NCBI RefSeq assembly: GCF_001194135.2
Contig: NC_068981.1
Location: 106,898,205 to 106,962,204, forward strand
DNA from: Octopus bimaculoides
Taxonomy: Eukaryota
Length of the DNA stretch: 64,000 nucleotides
Reading direction: 5' to 3'
Shown here: one piece after another, positions 1 through 12,760 of the stretch
Numbering within the stretch: position 1 is the first letter of the stretch
How the letters are laid out: each line of letters begins with the position of its first letter
Notes under the pieces: model-generated
Seen by the model: only the letters and a program-made list of their open reading frames with translations
What the model was told of the DNA's origin: nothing
The model's database searches: none
Position numbers and translations under genes: made by a program

Positions 1-682
1 TAAATTTCTGCAAAATATTACAAAACAAACAACTAAATAAAAAATTCTATTTTAAATTCTGGTAAACTTCTCATAACTGGATGGATTGTGAAAAATAATA
101 ATTTGTTGATTCTTCAATACTCTTTTTCTCCCTCATATAGATTTTTTAAGAAAAGAAAAATTAGTTAATAGCAATCCAGAAGTACTCTTACACTTTCACA
201 GTATTGCTATGTGATTAATTTTTAGTGTCATCATATTGAAAAAGATGCTGTTTTAATTAATTTTTTTCTCCCCCCAGTTCTGTTCACTAGATTGGAGTAA
301 AGAGGCAAAGTGACCAAGCAGAAATGTGTTGAACTGTGCTATCTCATTAATCTTTAAATCAAATCCATTGCAATAATTTCACTGTAAATTTTGGCAATAT
401 ATTAATTTTATACATTGAGAACAGGTACTAGATATCCTGGGAATGTTATATGTGATGCTGGCATCTTATCCATGTAGTAAGCATATTTTCATTCTGCTAG
501 GTACTATGAGATCAGAGTGGAATATTGTTCCATCATGAGGGTACTACTGTATACAATTCTAGCATATCTAGGAAAGTCATTCTTAATCATTTTGACTTCA
601 CAGTGCACAGATATCTTCTTTTTCTTTTTAAAAAAAAAAAAAAACAACTTGCATTTTGCATGGAAACTTTAAAAAAATTTAA

Positions 683-3253
683 CCCTTTAGTGTTCAGATT
701 AATTTGTCAAATGTAATGCTTATCTGTTCACATTAATTTTGAATTATTCAGGTTCAAGTGGGGTGTCCACAATATTTGCTTGTAACTTTGTTAATTTTCT
801 TCATACAAATTTGAAATTTTTTAAATGGGTGCTTATATGCCAGTGGTTTATAGTGGTTTAAATTTAGCTGATCTTTCTGATTAAATTTGACTTTTATGGA
901 CAGGTAAATTTAATCAACAGGTGTAAAAACAATAATAACATTATGAATAAACACTAAAATTCATATTCTTAATTCATCTTACCTGTTTGGTTTGTTAACC
1001 GCCAACATTTTTACATTTTTCAAGATGAGGTACATGAATTTGAATTGATTAAAATACAGGTGTAATCAGTACAAGATTTTATTCTTTCTGTATATTTCAT
1101 TTAAACATTTTCATTGAAAAATAAAGTACAAAACTCTTTTACTAGTCAATATGCCATTGGCAGTGTACTCTCATATAATTTAATGAATTCATTTATGTAA
1201 CAGAATGCATCTACTAAAAACACTAATTAACAAATGAGACAAAGGTGAATACAGGTGTGTAACACACTGAAAATTAATATGTATTTCTCACTTTCACATA
1301 TTATTTATAATAAAGTGAAAAGGAATATATGATAAAATAATATAGTTATGGCATATTTCTGTCATGAAACTGCCCATATCACCTTTTACACAAGGGCACT
1401 TTGCAAAAGGAACACATATACAAAGTCTCAATCTTATACCCTTTTGCAGTTTTTCTTTTTTGCAGTGAACACAGTCTGCAAACTGTTTTTCTTCCATTTA
1501 TCTTTTTGACTTTATGAAAGTCAATATTTTCTCTGTTGACATCTGCCTCAGTTAATTTTGCTTTTCTCCCAGTTCTGTGCTTTCTAGAAGAAAAGCCCTC
1601 ACGTAACTGAGATGCGATGTCAACCTGAAATTTCAAATAGTCGTAGTCCTTTGGTGGTGGAGTTACCTTGTGGCTTTTTACATATACAATATATGAATTA
1701 ACTATAGTTAAATTAACTAAAAAACCACAAAATGTACCTCCACCATTTCTTCCCAGGTTGACCAACTGGGTAATATGCCCAATATTGGTCAGATTTATCA
1801 ACCCCACCCATATATTCGTTATAACAAATATTCACTAGGGGTTTCCCCTCAGCACCAACACCAGGTTGTTCATTAGTAGACAGAAATAAAATCTGTCTTT
1901 TGTCTTTCAAAGTAGTAGCTAATAAATTTTCCTTTTGCATTTGTAAAATATCCCCTCTTTTTTTAAAATTTTGTTTTCATTTCACGGGGTAAACCTTTAC
2001 GGTTGCCCATAACAGTACTGCATGTGTAAGTACTTACTCAAGCCAGATTTTCTGTCAAAGCCACTGAAGAAAAAAAAAGGATCAAAATAGAGGTGTTGGT
2101 GCTGATGGTGAAATGGTTCAGTAAGAGACCATACTATATCATGTCCCAATCCATTATATTTTTTACCTGTGTAAACATCAAAGTTTACACAATATCCAGT
2201 GTCTGATTCACAAACTTCCTGTACCTTGATCCCCCCTTTAGTGGGTTTGGCAGGCATGTACTGCCAAAAATGTATTCTGCCCTTATATCCTATCATGGCT
2301 TCATCTACACTGAGAATTTTCCCTGGCAAATACACAGTTTTATAACTATTAAGGAGTAAATCAATTATAGGATGTACTTTGTACAGGGGATCGTAGTTTG
2401 GGTCGTATTTGCTGGGAGCATTAGCAGAATCAATTAAATGTAAATACTGAGATATTTTCGAATACCTCATCTTCAACATTATACTTGAGATATACAGATC
2501 ACCATACCTTATATCAGGACTCCAGTAGTTCCACAGTCGAGGAAGCTGTTTAACACCAAACATAATATTGATTGTGAAAAACGCTCTCGTTTCTGCAGTA
2601 GAAGTTGGCTGCCATAGTGGATCGTTTCTTCCATGAATAGAAACTATATGTTGTGCATATTTGTTTGTTTCCTCCATAACATTTTCAAAAAAACTTTCTG
2701 ATAAAAATAAAAGTAGATAGCCCAATGGTTGTGTTGTGGACCAGTGTTTTCTGTAAAATCAGAAATAGTGATTGGTTTTGTAATCTTTGATCATGTTGCT
2801 ATGTTTACGATATCATTTTCATCACTTCCATTTTTATCACTTTTGTTTTTAAATTCTTCCTTGTCCAATGAATATTCACTAATATTAATATCAGATTTGT
2901 CCGAAAACAAAATACTCCTGTTTTCATTTATATTTTCTATATCATCAAGCGGAAAACCCTCAAAGTCGGAATCGCTATTTGCTGATGCCATTTCATTAAA
3001 AACTAAGATACAGACTTCTCTTCAAACATTGAAAAAACCATGTGGTCTAAACAATTTCTCAGTATTTATACTTGAATAAAGGTGGGAAGGGCTTCATCTC
3101 GCATTATCTCAAAGCTACGAGGATTCAGTAACGTGATTTGTTTATTTTTTTATCAATTCTGTTGAGCAGTCGGATACAACCAGACCTGGCCAGTTTGAAC
3201 AAATAAAAGGGAATTAATCTTGGCTGGTTTTGGCTAGTTTGAACACTAAAGGG
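683..3253 (-). mobile_element. piggyBac DNA transposon, full length, inactive (copy 1)
   Basis: 14-bp TIR CCCTTTAGTGTTCA at 683-696 and its reverse complement at 3240-3253. Flanks are TTAA (679-682) and CTAA (3254-3257, degenerate TSD). A transposase pseudogene lies inside. Confidence 0.95.
1379..2991 (-). pseudogene. piggyBac (PGBD4-like) transposase pseudogene
   Basis: Collinear ORF pieces 2791-2991, 1997-2725, 1713-1940 and 1379-1807. They give an acidic N-terminus, the catalytic motifs SVDEAM, YFD and MGGVDKSDQ, and a C-terminal CxxC...CxxC cysteine-rich domain. There is a premature TGA at ~2791 (Trp in copy 2) and several frameshifts. Confidence 0.95.
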
Positions 3254-3547
3254 CTAAGCTGGAATATTAGTTTGGATTTTCTAAGATCTTGAATTGTATT
3301 TTCTAATCTGCAGTCCACTGTTTGAGAACCACTGATCCCAGGCAAGTCAGCTTGTGTAGTGAATCTTTTTTAAACTGGATCTACACAAGAGATTGAACTT
3401 AGCACTATGAACTTGCAAAATGGCCATCAATTTAACATTCTACCATGCAGAACCTATTTACAATCAAAGTGAATTGATCCCATTGACTGTTAATATCTTG
3501 GTCATAGAAACAACGGTGATATAGGAATTATCGATATCTTGGGTAGT

Positions 3548-3578
<31 letters not shown>

Positions 3579-4614
3579 TACCCTATTAATTCAGCAATCT
3601 ACACTATTACTACTGTAGTAAAATAGTGAGCGCTAAAATTGCTTGAAATTTACATCATCTACAACTACTTCTTAGTATGAAATTACCAAGTCTTCTTTGA
3701 TCTACTTGTCACTTACACCTTATTATCAAGTCAATACAGTTTTCTATCAAGCATGTGTCATCTGTTGACATTACACACCCATATTATTGAAATCTTTTGT
3801 CCTGGACACATTAACTGATTTGTTTGTCTCACCTTGGTACATTCTACATTTACTTACAAGTTAACATTGTATTTCCGATGAATCATATTTAACCTGTTTC
3901 TTTTTATTTGTTGCATCTCTTGTGTAATTGCCTAAGTTTCAATCATATCCATCATTCATCTAATAAATTATAGAATAGTCACTATGAAATGGCCCTACTC
4001 TATTTGATCACTAATAAACTCCAAAGTGAAACATCAGTTGCTTTCTCTCTTCTTTTGTAACGCTGTAAAGGTGTCTTGTCTTATACACAAATAAATAGAA
4101 AATGCTACAACTTTGTAGACTTGAGTTATTGCAGCATGGAAAAATTTATTTTGAACAAAGGATTAGATATCCCTTATTTTGATATGCATTTCAAGTGTTC
4201 TTTTATAAACGATTAACCTTTGCAGTAACACAGCAAGAGAGACAGTGTTTGTGGTTTTGATTTTCCATAATTAGGCTAATCTTTATTTTTTAACAAATGA
4301 TTTTCACTGGAAAAACAATGTATCAAATTCCTTTTAAAGTATTTGCTTCATTATCCTTACTTTTGAACAGAAACTAATATGACAGAAACAGAGTTGAATA
4401 GTCAACAAAAAATGTAAAAATTCTTTTAAACAATAGAATTTCCACAAAGATTCTTCTACATGGAGTATTTTCTTCCATATGCATCGATGCAAATTTGAAA
4501 CTGAATAGAATATCTTTATTTTGTTATTTATTCGAAAGAAGATAATGATTATAAAATATTTGTAGTTGTATATCTTATGTTTATTGTTATTTTGTATATT
4601 TTTGTAACTTAAGA

Positions 4615-4797
4615 GTTGCTGTTTAGCTACAGGTGAGCTCTGACTGTGCAGACCTGTTATTAAAAACATTCCAGTCTTCACCATCCCATCTTTTTTATAT
4701 TGTCCAATATATCTTTCCTGTTTCAATATAGTAAGGTGGGATTTGAGGGCATTTGGCTACTATTGCTAGTCGTTTGAGCAACTGCACTGAGGCTCCT
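4615..4797 (-). mobile_element. SINE-like repeat with (AAC)n tail (family S5)
   Basis: GTTGCTGTTTAG...GATTTGAGGG...GCTACTATTGCTAG pattern recurs at ~6005, ~15208, ~16247 and ~30480. Confidence 0.6.
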
Positions 4798-4864
4798 TTA
4801 TTAGTATTTCATTTAATTCCAGAAGTAATGTATGTCAATGATTTATATGTGAATGTTGTATGAC

Positions 4865-5100
4865 AACGGATTGGCAGTCATAAGAGCATTAGATAGAGTG
4901 CATTACAGTATTTCAGTTCTCTCTGCTCAGAGTTCAAATTCTGTCAAAGTCAATTTTGCTTTTCATTCTTTCAGAGATGATGAATAATGGACCAATCAGA
5001 GCAGTAAACTGGCAGAATTGTTAGGGTTAGATGAGATGTTTCATAGTATCTGTTCTGGCTGTTAAGAGTTCTGAGTTTAAATTCTGCTTAGGGATTCAAA
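4865..5100 (+). mobile_element. Two degenerate SINE 5' halves (family S2)
   Basis: B-box-like GAGTTCAAATTC followed by GCTTTTCATTCTTT. Same family as the array at 42667-43538. Confidence 0.55.
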
Positions 5101-5500
5101 TCCCTCTGATGACTATTTCATCACTACTCATGCACTGAGTGATATCAAGATGTGGACTGTGATGGACTGTAGTATTGGAGTTTCCTACAATTGAAGAGCA
5201 CTTCCACCTCCATCATCTGAAAAACGGTTCTGTTAGGAATACAATGCCTTTGAAGACTATGTACTATAGGGATTGAACTCTTGGTTCTTTCTCCATAATT
5301 AATCATACTCACTAAAAAATGGTGGTAAGTTTTCAGAAACCTTAGTAATGCAGAAGTACCAACAGTATGAATGCTGTACATCTTGAAAGATATTCATACA
5401 TGTGTTTGAAGCTCACAAACAGCCTAAATAATCTAGTGTTTCTGCACATTTACTGCATTAGAATTTCTACTTTCTTGAGTTTTCCTTTGGTCTTCATTGC

Positions 5501-5730
5501 CATCATCATCTTCTTTAATGTCCATTTTCTATGCTGGTTGAGTGCTTTGACCAGAGCTGGCAAGCAGAAGAGCTGCACTGGATTCCAGTCTGATTTGGCT
5601 TGGTTTCAACAGCTGGATGCCCTTGCTGTGGTCAGCTTTGCCTTTCATCCTTTTGGGTTCAACTAAATGAAGTACCAGTCAAGTACCTGGGTCAATGTAA
5701 TTGACTAACAGCCTTACCTTTTGTGCCATA
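5501..5730. mobile_element. Chimera: RTE-A LINE 3' tail (minus, 5501-5626) abutting SINE S2 core (plus, 5627-5730)
   Basis: CATCATCATC...CAGCTGGATGCCCTT tail is joined directly to TTTGCCTTTCATCCTTTTGGG...AAGTACCAG. Confidence 0.65.
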
Positions 5731-6004
5731 ATTCATAGCAATATTTATACATGACTTTATTGGATGTCTTTACATAAATCATTGCACAGCATTTCCTATT
5801 AATTAAATCAGTTAGAATGATGAGCACATTTTTTAACTGATACATTGTTATTGCTGTTGTTGTTGAATTTAAAACAACTCTTTAAAATCATATATTTATT
5901 TTCAATTTTGCATATCAAGATATTTTATAAGTGCTTAATTTTATGTCATATGTTGTTGGCTACTGGTATTAATGTTAGAAGTTTGGTCTACAAGATATTT
6001 CTTT

Positions 6005-6170
6005 GCTGCTGCTGTTTAGTTCCCAGGCCAGTGCTGATCACCTAGACCTGCAATCAAAGGTATTTCAACCATGAACCTCCCCTCTCTTTTTCCCTTTTGA
6101 TAAGACATTCAAGTGAGATTTGAGGGATATAGGTTACTATATCTAGTAAATGAAGTAGCTGCATAGTAAC
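6005..6170 (-). mobile_element. SINE-like repeat S5
   Basis: Similar to 4615-4797 (GCTGTTTAG...GATCAAAGG...GAGATTTGAGGG). Confidence 0.55.
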
Positions 6171-6213
6171 TGATTTATTGGTATGGTTTGTGTTGAACTG
6201 TTTACAGTGAGTG

Positions 6214-6588
6214 CATCATCATCATCATCATCGTTTAACGTCCACTTTCCATGCTAGCATGGGTTGGACAATTTGACAGAGGACTGGTGGACCAGGTGGC
6301 TACACCAGGTTCCAATCTGATTTGGCAGAGTTTCTACAGCTGGATGCCCTTCCTAACGCCAACCACTCCAAGAGTGTAGTGGGTGCTTTTATGTGCCACC
6401 GGCACGAAGGCCAGTCAGGTGGTACTGGCAACGGCCATGCTTGAAATGGTGTATTTTACGTGCCACCTGCACAGGAGCCAGTCCAGCGGTACTGGCAACG
6501 ATCTTGCTTGAATGTCTTTCACGTGCCAGGAAGGCGACGTTGGTAACAATCACACTCAAATAGCACTATTTACATGCCACCGGCACCG
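6214..6588 (-). mobile_element. RTE-A LINE 3' UTR fragment with internal ~60-bp tandem repeats
   Basis: (CAT)n-CGTTTAACGTCC tail. Three degenerate GGTACTGGCAACG...GTGCCAC units. Confidence 0.85.
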
Positions 6589-7150
6589 ATATTTATTGAT
6601 CAAGTCTAGTTATAACAACATAGTTTTAATGTTGATAAAAAATTTTTTTTTTTTCATATACAAGTCAATCCGTTTCTATTTTTTAATCTTAAAAAAGATG
6701 ATCTCATTAAAATAACATATTTGCTAGAAATTTCCTTTTTTGCTCTCTTCTTCTCTTTGTCTATCTGCACTATCTCTCCCCCCTCTTTCTCCCTCCCTCT
6801 CTTTCTCCCTCTCTCCCCTATCTCTCTCAAAATTATCCTTATATCAAAAGAAGCCGACATAAACAAACCTAGAACATGTCAAATATCTTTTATTACATCA
6901 TATTAATCACTGTTACTAATGTTCTATGGATTGTAGATTTCTGTTGTATAAAGATTTAGTGTAGTTTTGTGGAAAAGAAATATGTACCTTTGTGTAAATA
7001 TCATATGATCACTTGGATGTTTGATTAGCATTCTACTGGAAAATGTATGGCTAAAGACTGGACACTATCCATAAGTAGGACAAACACTATATTGATCTTT
7101 AATATCATTGATTTACATCAGACTCGTGCAGAATATTAAGCCTATATATA

Positions 7151-7291
7151 TATTCTTTTATTTGTTTCAGTCTTTTGACTGTGGCCATACTGGAGCACTG
7201 CCTTTAGTCAAACAAATTGACCCCAAGACTTATTCTTTGTAAGCCTTGTACTTATTCTATTGGTCTCTTTTGCCATCTATCTATCTATCTC

Positions 7292-7366
<75 letters not shown>

Positions 7367-7523
7367 GATGGGCTTCTTTCAGTTTCCGTCTACTAAATTC
7401 ACCCACAAAACTTTGGTTGGCCCGAGCCTATAGTAGAAGACACTTGCTTAAGCTGCCACACAGTGGGACTGAGCCTGAAACCATGTGGTTGGGAAGTAAG
7501 CTTCTTACCACACCACCATGCCT
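7151..7523 (-). mobile_element. tRNA-derived SINE (family S1) with expanded central microsatellite
   Basis: The minus strand gives head AGGCATGGTGGTGTGGTAAGAAG...GGTTTCAGGCTCAGTCCCAC and 3' end GACTGAAACAAATAAAAG. (AT)n(CA)n in the middle. Confidence 0.85.
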
Positions 7524-9735
7524 ATATACACATTGATGTGTTGGTTACAGTTGTTAAATAAACTACTTGTAAATATGTTTCTTTGCAATTTTTCCTAGAA
7601 TTTGTTGTTTTTTCTTAACCCTGTATATTAAAAACACATAGCACACACAAAAGAATAAATATTCCACATAATTTGTTAAAACTGGATTTAGGGGCTACAT
7701 GAGAAATTCCTAGCGTTACTTGGAAAATGTTCTGATATTTGTGAAAGCTTTTAAGACTGAGAGTTCTGGGAAATCGTCCTTAACGAGGAGAAGGATACAA
7801 ATTAAGAATGTAGTTTGTTCAATATATGGCATGATTTGATCAAGACTAGCGATTTAATGAAAATATTTTCATTTTCGTCAGTATGCATTTATTGCTAATA
7901 TTGAATAAATATTTCACTATACTTGGTCCAGCATTTCTATCACATATATTTACTTTCCATTAATAACTAAGCTAAGTTGAGCTCAATGCATTAAATGAAA
8001 ATAAAAAGAGAAAAATCACCTCCTGCTATGATCAAGTGCTTCTAAATACAGTTTAGTGTTAGATAAAATTGTTATACACTCAGAATTTAGTGTAGTTGCT
8101 ACAGCCATTTTGGTAAAAATTTTAAGCAATTATTTCAACTTGGAACAAATATTGTTTTCCTTTTGTAAAAACATATTTACCTTTTACTGACATTGTCATA
8201 TGTAATTATATATTCTTTGCTCATTTCAACATCATATAGACCATGAGTAACTCATTATAACATCACATTCACAGATATTTGATTTTATTTGAGCTGAGAG
8301 TGATTATTATTTTCCGGTAGCTTATACTCTCTTTTGTTGTGTTTAGACTCAGAAGAGTTTAAATAAAAAAAAATAAAAAGTGATGATTGAAAAACTTATT
8401 TCAAAAATTCATTGTTTCTATATTAGATTTAGGTTTTAACTTGCCTGTAACACCTTAATATTTGTAACCATTACTGTATTTTGTTGACTTTTCCTTACCT
8501 TTGTTATTATTAAGAGAGAAGTTCCCCAGGAACTTCTCTCTTTTAAAAAAATATATATAGAGCCACACCAGTTTTAGCCACTTTGGTAAAAGAAATATTG
8601 AACACTTTTAATTCATTAAACTAATATTTTGTTGTTGAATAATTTTTCAGCACTGCTATGTCAGTGTTGCATTATTTCAAAAGACCATATGAACTGTTGA
8701 CTGTGTCTTGTTAGAGACAGTCAAGAATAAACTGAAGACATATAGAGAAATCAAAAACAAGTAATAACTTGTAATAACAATATGAACAAGACTAAAAGTG
8801 AGGGTAAAATGTGCAAATAGTTATGGTGTCAAACTCTCAACTCATGGATTATGAGTTAGTATCCCACAGAGAAATTCTTTTGTGGTCTCCAGACTGGAGA
8901 CTTAATATGCCTTCATTTCCCCAGAACTTCTAATGAAATTTACATGCGATACACTAACATTCTCCCCAGAGATTGAATTATTTCATTTCATTTGTTTTAT
9001 TCTACAGGCTCAATTACCTGGTTCATTGTGACCCATGACTTCTTGGTTTACATCATTACAAATTCTTCAGTCTGAATAGATTTACAAATCATTAGAAATA
9101 ATTTTCAGAAGTGGACCTACAGAAGCTCCCTAAGTTTTTTTTAATATTTATTTCCTGTTTCTCATTCTAGCTTGATTAGATGTTGGTACAAACTTTTTCA
9201 AAACCCTTAACATTTTTTACTTTTAACTAGTTAAGCTTTTTCAGTGTAGAGTGGTGTATTGTTTTAGGGTCACAAGTGGCTACCTTAAGTTTCTTAACAC
9301 CAGTCCTATGCAGTGTATAACAATTTGAGATGATATTACCAGGTATATCATTAGAAAAGTTAACTGCTATGCCCCATCAATTTCTCTACAAATTCTTCAA
9401 CCCATTTGTAAAAATTTTAAATGCCAACAATTTTTGCATTTTATGAAATCTACAATCAAAATGGCTCAATAGTGTATTGAAGTGCCAAGTTCAGATTTAC
9501 CAGAGTCAAGTTCTAGGTTCTTCATTCTTTTAGTTACTTGGAATATGTTCCAGATCTTCTGGAAACTTCTGCCTAAATAAAAAGACTGTCATCCTCTTGC
9601 TCAAGGCACATCTTTCTCCTCTGCTTAATGCCAAGGAATCTAAGCCTATCAGTAAGGTTTGAATTCAAAGAAAATCTTTACTTATTGTCAAATATATTAC
9701 TGACCATTATCATAATCACCAACAACTACAATTTG

Positions 9736-9842
<107 letters not shown>

Positions 9843-10162
9843 GTATGTGTGTTAACATTATTGACTTTAATCCCAATCATATGCCTATAGAGGTATCACT
9901 TATTATTACTGTACATCAAAGAGAGAGGCCTGATATGTCATTTTTCCCTAGTAGGTAGTTCATTAAAACTCTGACAATTATTTCCACAAATGTTCAGTTC
10001 CTATGAGTTTTTCCTATTTTGATTGTTTCTTTTTCCCAAAGCATGTGTAGTGTGTGTCTGTTTATGCATTTTCATGATAAGCAGCCCTAGTTTATTTTAT
10101 TTATATTTCCAGCATTCCAAACTAATGTAGACCAGACAAATGCTTGTAAGTCTGAGAAGACA

Positions 10163-10164
<2 letters not shown>

Positions 10165-10244
<80 letters not shown>

Positions 10245-10260
10245 CACACATACACACACA
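10165..10260. repeat. (TC)n microsatellite followed by (CA)n
   Basis: Seen directly. Confidence 0.95.
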
Positions 10261-11929
10261 GGATTAAAAAGGAAAAAGAAGCAAATTTCCAACTTAGTCT
10301 GATATACCAATTTGGCAGTCAGAAAGACAAACAATCATAGACAAAATTAAAACTTTGGAAAATTTCATCTACAGGGTCAAACAAGGGTATTATACTTAAA
10401 GAAGAAAGAAAAAGAAAAGGCTCTGACATGATGAAAGTGATTTAAAACTAATGTTAATTTTTATTTGCACACAGACTTATAAATGTTCTCACTACACACT
10501 TATGCTGGAGGTGAGTTACATAGAGGTTGAAAATATTTTCTAGCCTATCAACTTTATCTTTAGAATATATATTTGCTATATACATTTACATTACATTTTA
10601 GGTGGTTAGACCTGTGATTGTTAATGGCTGCCTCATTCCTAGATTTAAACTGGTTGCCTTTATTTCTAAACTAAGAGTAGCAATATCTTTAAATCATTGG
10701 CTGCTGTCACATGTGCATGGTTTTTGTTTGTGCTTATGCTTGTGTATAGATTTGATGGATGAATGACTGTAAACATTTACTAGAAAGTGTTTACATCTAT
10801 TTACATCTATTTCTTTGGCATGTCTAATACCATTTACCAACTAACAAAAAAACAATCAAGTGTGTACATACATCAACAAAAGACAAACCATACACATACA
10901 CCAAGACACACTCACAAATAATCACATTCACAAAAATATACAACCGCATATTCACATATGCAAGCATTCTGAATTACTCTTTAATGTTCCTATATCAAAC
11001 ACACATACATACACACACATAATAGAAATGACAAGGCTGTTTAGAATAATTTATATCAACTGAAATGTATATGTCACTTGTGCTGCATGTTACTCAATAA
11101 CATGTGTTATGTAAGTGTTAGGGTTGAGAAGCAGAAAAAACTCAATATTATTGCATAATCGCTTTCATTTTAGATTCACCATCACAATTTTAGTTTCCTT
11201 CACTTCCTGTCTACCACTTCTCTCTTTATTACTAATATTGTCTCTCTTACTTTTCCCATTTCTTTTTCCTTCTTCCTCTCTAACTCTTCCTGCCTGATTC
11301 CTTCACTGGCTTCTTCAGTTTCTTGGTCTTCTTTCCCTTCTTCCCCTCTTCCTTTTCTCAGTCCTGTTTCTTGCTCCCATCTCTCTCATTTAACTTTTCT
11401 ATTTTCATTCTCTTACTCTATCATTCAATATCCTTCTCCTTCTTGTTTTCTATTTTCTCTCCTTAGCATTACCCTTTTTTTCACACACACCAACTTATCT
11501 TTTGTATGCTATCTTCTTAAATATTTCTCTATCCTTTTTTCACTCTTCATCTTTGATATTTATGGTTGTATTTTATACACAGATGTATTACAAAACAAGT
11601 AATAGAATTTGCCAAAATGAAAACGATTAGTTCTTTTACCCTCTCTCCTCCACTTATCCTCTCTGCATTTATAATCCTTGGGTTAAGGCATATTGCTTTT
11701 TTTTTGCCCAACTTGCCTAACTGAAATACATATATAATATTCTCTTTCTCAGTATCATTGAGGTGTGAGTAGAAGTAAGAAAAGAGATCTATAAACTTAG
11801 TATTTGCTGACCCAAAACAAGTTAGATTAAATATCAGTTGGTGTTAGAAATTTTCAAAGAATATTTTTCTAGGAATTTGATGTGCTATCCAACACAGAAT
11901 TCAGTTGTTACAAAGAAAGTGAGATTGAA

Positions 11930-12330
11930 GAGAATTACTTTCTTCATGAAGAATAGTGGCATTGCATCAGATTTTCCAATGAGTCTATAATTCTGAGACA
12001 CATTAATCCTAATCTCCATAAAACAGAATATGGAATCACAAATGTAGGAACAAAACAGTAAAGTATTCACCATTCTCCCTGAGTCATGATACTATTATTA
12101 CTAATAGCAAAGAATGTTTGATATCTGTTGCTAAAGGTGAAAGAAACAGGCTACGCTGAAATTCTAAAGAAAGCTGCAATGTTATTCATGGACAATCAAA
12201 ACCCCGACCTTTTGCTGACAAGGTTTAACTGATTGTCATATATTCAGTGCTTCAGAGAATTGGATCATGGATAGCAATATAAAATTAATAGAACATTGGT
12301 AGGATTCCAATTCAGGAAAATGACCCAGTA
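11930..12330 (+). pseudogene. Highly decayed Tc1/mariner transposase relic
   Basis: One frame reads W..IRFSNES (cf. FSDES), HSP*VMI (cf. P.VMVW), GYAEILK (cf. Y.EIL) and LFMDN (cf. FMQDN). A later NIKLIEHW resembles the motif before WP..SPD. Many stops. Confidence 0.45.
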
Positions 12331-12673
12331 TAGCTTGTCAGTCAAACAATGAAGTGCAGGCTTTTACTGCTGAGCTTATTGTACAATATGTTAATTTGAA
12401 GTGTTCTTTGATTGGTTGATTTTCTAATTAGGATAACCATTATCATTTTAGCACCCATTTTTCCATATCATTGTACATTTGATTGTGACTGTAATACAAC
12501 AAAATGCACATCAAGCTTGTGTTATCACATCTTTGAGGTTTACTATTCTGTCTTAACCACTTCTTGGAGCTTTAAAATAAACTGCCTATCATAAAATTCT
12601 GACACATTTTCATTCAAAATGCATTGTTTATTCATCCATAATGTGTAGATATAATAATTGTGACCCTTCTTTT

Positions 12674-12760
12674 ATCATCATCATTTAACGTCTATTGTCC
12701 TTGCTGGCATGGTTTTGGATAGTTTGACCAAGGTTGGTAAGTTGAGAGGCTGTGTCAGAC
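12674..12760 (-). mobile_element. RTE-A LINE short 3' tail
   Basis: ATCATCATCATTTAACGTC...GCTGGCATGG...GACC. Confidence 0.7.

Noticed and set aside
1379-2991. Possible domesticated PGBD gene
   Set aside because: It has a premature stop, multiple frameshifts and retained TIRs, so it is a dead transposon.
2729-3079. Plus-strand 116-aa ORF, and its homologue 19488-19730 on minus
   Set aside because: Antisense shadow of the acidic transposase N-terminus. Similarity between the two just reflects the TE duplication.
3315-3335. TTTGAGAACCACTG, hAT-like terminus
   Set aside because: No matching opposite end or 8-bp TSD was found, so it is too short to call.
4620-4645. Micro-exon-like TTTAG|CTACAG|GTGAGC
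   Set aside because: It lies within a copy of dispersed repeat S5, where other copies lack the sites.
6400-6590. Short repeats with variable intervening sequence (CRISPR-like look)
   Set aside because: These are degenerate tandem units of a LINE 3' UTR in eukaryotic DNA, with no constant repeat-spacer structure and no cas genes.
7855-7890. Minus-strand CTGACGA...GAAA hammerhead-like core
   Set aside because: There is no stem II and no complementary stem I.
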